Source: Phoronis australis (lineage: Eukaryota; Animalia; Phoronida). Taken from it: a stretch of DNA of 64,000 bases. Location of the stretch: the NCBI GenBank assembly GCA_002633005.1, contig NMRA01000073.1, forward strand, positions 186,001-250,000. Reading direction: 5' to 3'. This document shows, in pieces, positions 54,001 to 64,000 of the stretch. How positions within the stretch are numbered: the first letter of the stretch is position 1; each line of letters opens with the position of its first letter. The position numbers were made by a program, and so were the translations under genes. The notes beneath the pieces were generated by a model. That model saw only the letters and a list, made by a program, of their open reading frames with translations, made no database searches and was not told the DNA's origin.

Positions 54001-57000
54001 CTGTTCCCTCTAAATGGCAACTCGTAAATTAATGTCTTCATTTATTCATTTTCATTTGGGTTCAGTATGCTATCTACAGGATGAGCTGGGTTGCTGAACA
54101 AGGCCAGAAGCATTCTTCCGCCGACTCAGATTTTCAATACTAGCGGTATACTATCGGAAGTAGTAATTACCAAGTCCGTCAGCCCTGCTTGTGAGTGCTA
54201 CACCATCCACACGATGATCAAACAGCAAATCCACTCGGACCCAATGCATTGGGTCGCTCTGTAAAGGACTAGTCTGAATACAGGCCCTGGTATTTCTAGA
54301 ACCGTCCACTGCATCCCACGGGTCACTAGTTTGATTGCCAGAGGACATATCTACGTGCTTGAATAGCGCCAGGTTCTTTCCTAGAAATAAAAAACTCCCA
54401 GAAAAAAATGCATTTCACTCGTTCAACCTTGCAGTGGCTTCTTACCACTGTTACGTTCCTATAGTGAGATGAAAAGAATAGCAACCAGAAGGAATCAAAC
54501 TGAACGTTGTTATAAGCAAATTTAAATCCAAACAAAAAGGCACATTTAAACATGAGTATAAGGCGCTAAGTTAAGCAAATTCAACTAGATTACGAGCTAC
54601 TGTTCAAATTATCTCTCACAGCTACCCAGAGCTTACTTTCCTTTATTCTAAAGAGGTGCTGCAGTACTTGACTTTCTTTTTACATATTGCAAACTGATGA
54701 CACCGTGACCTTTTGTTCAATGTTCATAACATGGCAAGCAATGGCCAACTTTTAACATTAAAGTTGATAGGCTGAACAATAAAATAAAAAGCTGCAGATT
54801 TCTAATAACAGTGCACAACACATTGCACGCTGGTGTTTTACCAATCTGAAACATTTTAACTCCTAAGAATAGGCACTGCCCTAAGCGAAAGCACAAGCGC
54901 CAATTAAAATATTGTTTGTAAGCCAAAAACAAATGGCGGAATATTTAATACCAATGAAGTCTTCAGGAAATCCACATAAATCCTATGTACACTTATTAAC
55001 GCATACATTTTGCATCAACACTCAACTGCAAAATCTGTGAATCGATTGAGGGTAACGCATACCTGGGCTCAAGACTCCATGAATCTTCACTTCACAAATG
55101 CTTATGTTCTGAGTGACGTTAAGTTTCTGTATAAACACAAAACGTCCATACACAACATCTTCACATCCTAGATACTTCGTTTCTCCAGGTTGCATCGGTT
55201 CAGGATGAGACGCACATGGGCGGTGAGCGTCAGAGCTCTCGGAGAAATTGGAAACATTTACCACAAACTTGCCTAGTCCTCCTTGATCAAAAGGGACCTC
55301 TGGAAATTGAACGGTACAGTTGGTGAAGAAACATACATATGCGTTCACTTGCCGTTTGGACGGACATGCCTACATCCAACGAGAAACAAACAGGCAAACA
55401 CAAAACAATCCGACGAATTCCTCGTCACTGAGTCCGTGGACGTGTTTTGTAATGTTCTAGCATTCGTTTGTGCCAAGCATTGAAACTTTGCTATTATTCC
55501 AAACACCGGGTTTCAGGAGAAATTCCTTAACCGACATTAGTTTTTTCAAGGGATGACGCCCATGAATCATACATGTACTTAACCGACCACCACTATGGTA
55601 TGGAAGGTTTTATGTCATAATACAAGTCACAGGTCTCCAAAATTCCATGCGGACGCCTCGAAGGAAAACAAAAAATGGCCTGGAGTCAAGTGATTTCCGA
55701 GAGCATTTTGCTAATGAATTGGAAAGTAATAGTTCGCGAAAAGAAATCAATGAGACATACGTTTAATCACGCCACTTACCGGCGTTTGTCAGTGTAACAC
55801 CACGTATGGCGAACTGGGCGTCTAAATCTACCATCCAGTAGGGCTGAAACTGAACTTGTGTTGAAGACATCGAGACATGGCAGGAAAAGTTACCATCATT
55901 GGCCAAGGAGGAGTCAAAGTTTAAATGGGTTGACGACTGTTTCGTTGGTTTCTGTATTGCCACGTCTCCAAAATCTACAAAATCAAATCTATACCTAGAA
56001 CTCGTAAACTGAAGCCAACCACAGGTTTGATAACCCACAAGTGCTTTCAGTAACTCAAAATGCAAGAAAGTAACAATTTAATGAAAATAGACCTATACTT
56101 CCGGTAATACAAGCGACTATAGTGACGGGTGTAGTAACCAAATCCTTCACGCGCCATTAGGCACTCTTGCTGGATGATAACTCCGGCCTTTGTAGCGTGA
56201 GTGGGACGCTGGTCCATCGCAGGTAACTTCCTAACAATTTACAGTCGAGCTAGCTCAGCCAACGCAGGTTAAGTGCTTTGCTTAGGGCACAACTGCAGTA
56301 GCCAGGATCTTTCAGTTGCGAGACCACCACACTAACCACTGGGCTACATAGGCTCTGCTGGTGACCGTACAAAAACATGATTTGACGACTGGAACATTAC
56401 GCTTGACAGAATGGAAATTTGTAAAAGAACGCTGAAATCAACTTAAAGACTTGATGAAAATTAACTTGGAAATCCATAATTTCCCCCATTTCATACCTCT
56501 AGCAGCATGTATTCCATACACCTCTACCCCGCACAAAGACAAGACCACTAAATCTCCAACTGCTTCGATCTGTACGTATCTTCCGAATTCATAGTCCCGT
56601 TTACAGTGAATTGTTACGTGGTCGCCCTCTTTGCCCTCACCGCTATAGTTTCCACAGATCTGATAATAACGTCGATCACTAGACACGGATACTCTTAGAT
56701 TAATTGGTGGGGGAGCTGAAAATAATTGTCAAAATACACGATGAATGCAATCTACATTAGTGCCATTGTTAAATGGCGATATTAATGGTGATATATAACA
56801 ATTGTAATCGGTTCCACTTTCGGCATGCTGCACACCAGAGTTGCTAATTTTAGAGCTGAAAATTTGAGAGACCCAGCAAAAGTATATTTCCAGAAAGTAC
56901 AAAGGAGAAAAATTTTGATTTCTTACGCATCTGACATCAATTGCGTCACGTGAAAACGTCTTTTTGGAAAATGTAGCAAAAAAGAAAGTACATCGATAAA

Positions 57001-60000
57001 AAACCACCATATCAACATTACCATATTTTGTTGCACACGAATGTTCAAGATGAAGTCTCAAAAAGTGGTTTTCTAAATTACCATTTCGTTCTCGTTTTAT
57101 GCATCTTTCATTTTTTCATGGAAAACAACAAACTTATTTTTGATAGTCCATCACACAAAAGGGGGACATTTCAGAAACAATTCCTAGCACTGTTTCTTGG
57201 AATATTAACTGAAACATGAATAACATTCTGATTATCCTTTAAGTTTGTTAAGACATTTTCCATTCATCCAACATAAACTTGACATGCAAGGGTCTAGGAG
57301 CGTATGCCAACATGTCCTTATGCGCAGAACCTGGCTACACTATAAGAGTTCACACTGCAACAGTACGAACTGATTAAGGCCACCGTAAGCACTTCTAAGA
57401 AGCGAGAAGTGGAAGGGGCGAGAATTTTCAATAGTTCGCGGTCCACTTGAAGCGCCATCAAGACCCATAGGCGGATTTAGGGGGGGNNNNNNAGGGGGCC
57501 CGGCCCCCCCTTGGCTGCCGGAAAAAATAAAACAGCAAGAGCGTAGGGAAATGTTGAGTTTATTAATTAACCCCGCACTACGACTCCGTTTCCGTCGTCT
57601 GCTTCACTGTGCATTGAAGAAAATTACTTCGTTTTTTAAAGAAATTGGAATCTGAGTGACGATGAAAAAACAGAAGGTGCTGGTAAGATGTGAATTTTAA
57701 TCGAAGCTCCAGTGAATCACTCAGAAACTCATAATTATCTCTTTGTCAAACCTTAACTTAAGACGATTTCCAAAGCAATCGCGTCATTAATGCCAACACA
57801 AAAAACGGATTTGGTCTTTTTGGGCAATTGAAGACTATTTTAAATACAACAAATTTGTTACGAACTGATTGCACAAAGTATAAAAAGTGTAATAAGCATT
57901 ACAAAAAGAAGTACGTTTCACGCGCAAACGCTGTGGACCATAAACAAGTAGGTCTCTTATTACAAACTTTTGAGTGAAGTCGTCGTGGTGTAGTGGTAAA
58001 GTACGCTTGCTCTTTTAAAGCCAGGTCGTGAGTTCGAGTCTGTGATAATTGTAGTTTTTCATGTTTAACACGTTCGCCGTGTCTTTCTTTCCTTTTTCTT
58101 TTTCTTTGCCTTTTTTCTTGGATAATACTTCAGGAATCAAGGAAAATGCTTGATTTTCAGAGGAAAAAACAGGCGAAGCCCCCTCCCGACCTCCCCCCAT
58201 TCGGTGCTATGCGCATCTAATCGTGCTTTGCACAATTTTTTTCAGGCAACATGTTGTGATATCCTAGATCTGCCACTGAGACCAGTGTATTGACTGACAA
58301 CAGCAAAAACTTTGCTAAGCTGCGACCTATTAGTAGGTGAAATTCATCGGAACACCTGTACTAAAGACATGGCTTCGTAACTGCGTGTGCGAAAATCTGT
58401 TTGCGATCCCTTACAACGGTCACTGCGAGCAAGGTTGAAGGGAATTAGTCGCGTGAGACGAAAATAGTGCGACTGACATCTGCCAGTCGTTCTGTTCCTT
58501 TACCATGAAGAGAAGCCCTAAAGTTACGAAATTTCTTTTTTCGAGTTGCTGTACGTCCCGGCAACGAGACGTCCTGTACATTTCCTGAGTGACATTTGGA
58601 CTACGAAGGCCACGAGAAGGCTCGAAATTCTTAACAGTAAGTCTATGTCTCTGAGCTCAAGAACCGCCTGGAAGAGACACACACAGTGGCTAGGACATGC
58701 TTGTTTAATGCTAAACGTCAACAAGGTAGCAAGAACAGGACAGTTTTGAGGGAGACAGATATTGCCTGTGTTACTTCCCACAGCCCACATAGTGTACATT
58801 CAGCGGAGGAATACACATATGAAACATAATATTGACAGACAATTAGGAGCTAAAAGTTAATTTCCCCTTGGCAGGGATGCATTTTCAGTTCCCGCACACT
58901 GGTTTTAGCTATTTTCGTTTCACTTATTTAATAACAGTTTGCACTTGACCGGCCCGACGTAGGAGAGTTCATGACATTCACTAGGTATTGTTCACGGAGG
59001 AATGCTTAACATTCTAGAAGGTTCCAGTATATTAGTGAATGATAAAATATTGTTAACTGGGTCATTCTAGACGCCTAACACATATTTGTTGAATTATTGG
59101 GTAGATTCGAAAAAGTTATGGAATGTGCTCGGGTTGCTGAAAAGTTCCAAAACATTGCTGTACTTAAAATACTCAGAAACAAGTTAGTGAAGGTCAGTCG
59201 CTGATTTTGCTACTTAAACAGTCAAAGAGTGAGTCAGTTCCTGAAAATAACCGAGCAGTTCATCGCAAGTCAAGGTTTCTCAGCACCATTAAAACAACCA
59301 TTACGTCGAATGCGTAGTGTGATAGGTTGACTTAACTGGAACTGTTCTTCAGTCTATCACCGAACAGGAAGTTATTAGCACCAGGCAGGGACGTCCTTCG
59401 CCGCGTCCACCCATTGTAACAGCGTGCATTACATTTATTTACGCGGATTACTATGAATGTAAATTTCAGATCAGTGAGCATTTCACCTTAATGTGTGGGG
59501 GTAGCAACGACGTCTCGAATGTTCGATTTAATGGAGCAGACGATTCGAAGATTTTGGATGGTCTGGTTCACTCTTCTGTGGCCAAGGGACAAAAGCAATT
59601 TTCGAGTCTCGGTACCCAAAATGTGTTTTTTTCCATTAATGTATGGTTTCATAAGGGTTATTACAGTTAATTTACAATAATACACTACGCTTTTAAAACT
59701 TTTGAAGTTTTAATACTAACTACTGTAGTTGCCATGTGTTATAACAGCTGCATAGACACCATAGATGTCCACCAGGTCGACGCGCCACCAAGGATTTTGT
59801 TCCCATGAGGACGAAAGACTCAAGGACCGATCTACACCGCCGCAATTAACAGTGGTATTTCTTCTTGAAGACCATTCTGTAGCCTTTTCTTCAGCGATAT
59901 TTCCTGATGCAAAGATATATATGAGATAGTAATTGCATGCCAAACATCAGAACTCAATCGTCAATCAAAACGTGAAAGCAAAACAAAACGAAACAAAACT

Positions 60001-63000
60001 AAACAAAACAAAACAAAACACAGCAAGACCTTGACCATCAAATTAGGTTTGACCCCGATGTCCAAACAAATTGAGATCGCAAAACACACAGAGGTTACGC
60101 GACTAGCTAAAAGTATGAAAACAAATTGTTGTCGTAACATAAAATGTATACACTTACACTGTTTAAGCTCAAATTTCACTCCTTGTGGCAATTCGTGTTT
60201 GCATGTTTCATAATCAATAGTCTTTCCTATACATTATCAATTTTAGAAAATGATATCTGTCAATTACCTGCTCTAGAGACCCCATGCACCTCAACCTCAC
60301 ATAGAGCCAGGTGCCCAAAGCCCTCCAACTGTACGTGCAGAAATCGCCCGTACACATCCCTTGAGCATTCCACACGCTCGACGTCAAAGCTTTTGACATT
60401 CAAAGTGTTGCAGATCTGGCCAGGATTGTCTAATTTTGAGCTGTTGGAAGTCATAATTACCAACGACACGACGCCACCTGAAATGAGCAGCAAACGTGCA
60501 AAGTGAGAACCATAAATACTAAGGCTAAATTAAACACTTCATCAGAAGGTGAAATGAACAGCTCGACTATGTTTACCAAGTTAGACATTCGACAAATTAT
60601 TCTACACGCAAGTGATCCTCGGCACTAAACTTCCCGAAGCCTTTGCAGCCCTGATATGAGAGTTGCTCTCGGAAAATAACTTTCATTGAAAGAACGGGAA
60701 ATCACTAGATGAGACAATAAAACGGAGACAACTTAGGATATCACGCTTTTACGGCCAATAACCAAACCATGCCACACGGAACTGTACATTAAGAACATAC
60801 TTGCAGAAGGATAGCTCGTTGTAATCGAAACAGCAAATATATTGTGGACCTCCAGTAAGTCTATAGACAGCGCAGGGTTAGATTCAGTGGAGGTTGCGAC
60901 CATTTGAGTTGTACCCATGCAGTCACGATAACCGTCGACAGCCTTTGTAGCGTTTGTCCCCTCCGTGCCATAGGAAGTCGCCCAAACCTTTTTGTTGAGG
61001 GCAACGTTAACTGTAATACCCGAGACGTATTATCAAGTTCCCTGTCACAGTTATACGTTGGATATTATCACCATTTGTAAGGTGATCTTACCGCACATTG
61101 TTGCAGGATGTATATTGTCTAGATCGTTTCCAAATTCCAGACTTCAATGATCTGATGGTTTCAGTTGATGAAGCGCAACTTGAAACCTAGGTCTTTAAAT
61201 TTCACGCACATTGTCTAGACTTATCACTCAATCAATCAATTTTATAGACGAATAAATACGGGAGCGCCAAAATTACATTGGTGGCAGATAATTTTCGTAA
61301 AAATGCATTTCTCGCCAAGGCAGTGTCAAAGTCCACCGTCACCTAAGTCATGGACTATGGTTACATTTGGTCCCGTGGAGGAATCATGGGTAAATTTAAA
61401 AACAAGCACGCCTTCTGTCACAAATTAAAGGTTGGCTTAGACTATGTAGCCCAGTTGTCAAATCGGTTTCATCTGGCTCCTTACTCAGACTAGAAATGAT
61501 TTCAAGAGTTGAAAACTGGCAAGTCATTACAACTGCAGGCCAGGTCCTTCCAGTTGCTTGCAGGGGCGAGCAGGTTTCAGTCTCTAATGCTGAATTCCCG
61601 TCACAATATTTCAGGAGGTTTATTGTGTCAACTACAAATGTGATGACATTGCTTTGGAAGCGCAAAAATGCCTTTGAGAAAAATTGATATTCGCTTAACC
61701 CCAGAGCTTGGTTCGCAGAGGATTTAATACGAAAGGGTGTGTTCCAGTAAACGGATTCCGCCCATTTCTTGTCAGATCGAGTCTCTACCGGGACAGTTCT
61801 CCTGTATCAAGGGTCTACACCTGTATAACTACTGTTTTGTGAAGTTTGATTTGCAGCATTTAACATACCCGGTTTGTTTCAAATATTCTTCAGAAGCGGT
61901 TTCATGCAATTATCGTTGCATCAAAGTTGTGTTTACCCGACAATGAACCTGGTACGTAGAATATCTGGTGAAATTAAATCGCCTTTAGATGTACTCCGAC
62001 TTACAGTGTAGGAGAGGCTATAGTTTACTTTAACCAACTTACACATGCCGGAGTATTTGTACCCCTTTTGAAACATAATAAAGTTTTTCATATCGTACCT
62101 TCCATCGGTATTCCATATATTCGGAGCATCATTATCTGTAAGTAATTTGTGGCCGTGTCGCCTTGAATTTGCACGTATGCAAATCGACCAAAGACGTAGT
62201 GATCGTCACACATGAAAGAATAATGCAGGGTTTTTACACACTGCTGGTGTTTGGCTGAAGTGGTCGACACGTTTGTGACTTTAAGGCCAAGACCTTGAAT
62301 ACTGCCGTATATGTATCCCCCGTACACCGCGTAGATGCCTTTTAAGTCCACCATCCACCAAGGCTGAATCTCGAAGTTAAAAGTTCTAGAATACGTAGAG
62401 TACGACCAGTCTGTAGCATAATGTGCCTTGTGATGGGGAAGGCTTGATGACTGGACCGGGTGACGCCTAAATGCAACATCACCTAAAAGCAGCAAAGAGA
62501 GCTTGAGTAAACAAGTAATAGAGGCTTTTATATTGTTACATAACTATGGGTTGACTCAAAGTTACTAGGGCAGACTATGTAGACGTGGCTCATGTTACCA
62601 GGGAAGTGCATGCAGACGTAGTTGATGTTACTAGGGAAGTGCATGCAGACGTAGTTGATGTTACTAGGGAAGTGCATGCAGACGTAGTTGATGTTAGTAA
62701 GTAAGTGGATGTAAGCGTAGTTGAGTAGTTGATGTTACTAGGGAAGTGCATGTAGACGTAGTTGATGTTACTAGGGAAGCGCATGTAGACGTAGTTGATG
62801 TTACTAGGGAAGTGCATGTAGGCGTAGTTGATGTTACTTGGTAAGTGCATGTAGACGTAGTTGATGTTACTAGGGAAGTGCGTGTAGACGTAGTTGATTT
62901 TACTAGGGATGTGCGTGTAGACGTAGTTGATGTTACTAGGGAAGTGCGTGTAGACGTAGTTGATGTGACTAGGGAAGTGCGTGTAGACGTAGATGATGTC

Positions 63001-63731
63001 GCTAGGGAAGTACATGTGACGTAGTTGATGTTACCATGGACGTACATGTATACACTTGTTGTACCGAATGCGCGTAATAAAACGTGTCATTTTCTAGGAT
63101 GTGACGTGATTTTTGGATTTGGGAAGAACTGACATGCCAATGTTGTTTGATTCGCTGCTCGGTGCACAATAACGGTCTTTGTGCACCACCAAATGAATTC
63201 TAATCTGAGATTTCATTTGGGGACGCAAAAAGAATTGGCAGTTCTTTATTCTTTGATGTCGGTCAATAACTGACTTAACCCTAACAATGTTCTTCAGCCA
63301 CTCACGAAAATGCTTCAGTGTTTACTTGAATTGGCCAATTCTAAAACTGGGCGTTCGAAAATGAGGCATGTGCATATTGCCTGTAACTTGAGTTTTCAAA
63401 TTATTCAGCAAGAATTCAAAACCGAATAAGCGCTTCGGTTGAGAACTCATCACTGACAACTACACAACATCGAAATGCTCCGACTGAATTCTTGCTGATT
63501 TTAAATTCGTACTGTTAACTCGTGCTCCAAACACTTTAACGTCACAGAGGTGAAGCTGACCCTCAGACAGTCGTGTCACCTTCACAAAGCGCCCGATTGT
63601 ACCCGGCAAGCAATGTATCTGTATCGCGTTGCGCGATTGTATCTTGTCTGGCCAAGGATCACAGGAGTGGCTGAGTGCGCCCTCGCTCGTAAAGTTCACG
63701 ACTTGGATGAGATGGTCGGATATATTCGTAC
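51069..63731 (-). CDS. Multi-domain F-type lectin (fucolectin/FTP, F5/8-type-C-like) protein, at least 8 tandem domains; 5' end lies beyond the window
   Basis: Phase-1/1 exons 63513-63731, 62099-62482, 60801-61010, 60268-60477, 59721-59903, 56497-56715, 55780-55974, 55063-55299, 54171-54380, 53627-53848, 52780-53007, 52174-52401, 51726-51911, 51069-51278. All lengths are multiples of 3. Repeated NVAL..K..QSS, AVDG, PWW.VDL, GRFV, L.LCEVEVYG signatures. Confidence 0.88.
56150..56352 (-). mobile_element. tRNA-derived SINE fragment
   Basis: Minus strand reads GTAGCCCAGTGGTTAGTG (A box), followed by a GTGCCCTAAGCAAAGCACTTAA core. Confidence 0.55.
57466..58278. mobile_element. MITE (same TIR family as 14109) carrying a tRNA-like segment; contains an N gap
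   Basis: TIR CATAGGCGGATTTAG / CTAGATCTGCCACTG, 5-bp TSD AGACC. Confidence 0.7.
57979..58045 (+). pseudogene. tRNA-like sequence (degenerate)
   Basis: A box TGGTGTAGTGG and B box GTTCGAGTC; no intact acceptor or anticodon stems. Confidence 0.55.
58769..59421 (+). mobile_element. Probable solo LTR
   Basis: TGTTAC...GTAACA termini; 5-bp flanks GCCTG/GCGTG; internal ATTAAA; no ORF. Confidence 0.5.
62560..63040. repeat. 33-bp minisatellite, ~14 units, intronic
   Basis: Unit GTAGTTGATGTTACTAGGGAAGTGCATGTAGAC. Confidence 0.95.
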
Positions 63732-63831
63732 CTAGAGCGAAATTGACATGTAACTCAGAAAACAGAAACAGCGATGCAGTAAAGTTGAAGTACACATAAA
63801 ATGACCAAAAGACGTATATTTGGGAAACTGA

Positions 63832-63900
63832 GGGCAGTATAACGCAGCGGTTTGGGCAGTGAACTCAGGGACTTGTGTGGATCCGGTTCGAGTCCCGTGT
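63832..63900 (+). mobile_element. tRNA-derived SINE head
   Basis: A-box-like TAACGCAGCGG and B box GGTTCGAGTCC. Confidence 0.5.
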
Positions 63901-64000
63901 TCTCTGACGGATCATTCTAAAACCCCTTCGACCCCCACGGCCCACAACCCCCTCGATCCAGTCTACACAAGCTCGACTCGATCTGAACATAGAACAAGCG

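Noticed and set aside
57979-58045. Functional tRNA gene
   Set aside because: The acceptor and anticodon stems do not pair.
62590-63047. Two long repetitive ORFs as standalone genes
   Set aside because: They arise because a 33-bp unit is stop-free in those frames; there is no supporting gene structure.

Overview
Intron-rich, AT-rich animal genomic DNA, probably from a marine invertebrate (inferred from gene content). The ORF track is mostly noise, so I rebuilt the genes by hand from GT-AG splice sites and recalled protein homology. (1) 1-12216 (+): the 3' end of cytoplasmic dynein 2 heavy chain (DYNC2H1), with 11 distinct exons. One 213-nt exon occurs twice in a ~1.76-kb tandem duplication joined at a single N. 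That exon is preceded by a ~46-bp minisatellite built from its own splice acceptor plus its first codons. A second exon of the gene shows the same acceptor-copy pattern. (2) 13565-45403 (-): three tandem, intact 8-exon paralogs of phosphotriesterase-related protein (PTER, 354 aa each), with mosaic intron/UTR sharing and paralog-specific changes at conserved residues. (3) ~50000 to beyond 64000 (-): a gene with at least 8 tandem, highly divergent F-type (fucolectin) lectin domains in symmetric phase-1 exons. Introns and intergenic DNA carry MITEs, Helentron-type (HINE) elements, a LINE fragment, Tc1 and THAP relics, tRNA-derived repeats and a probable solo LTR.
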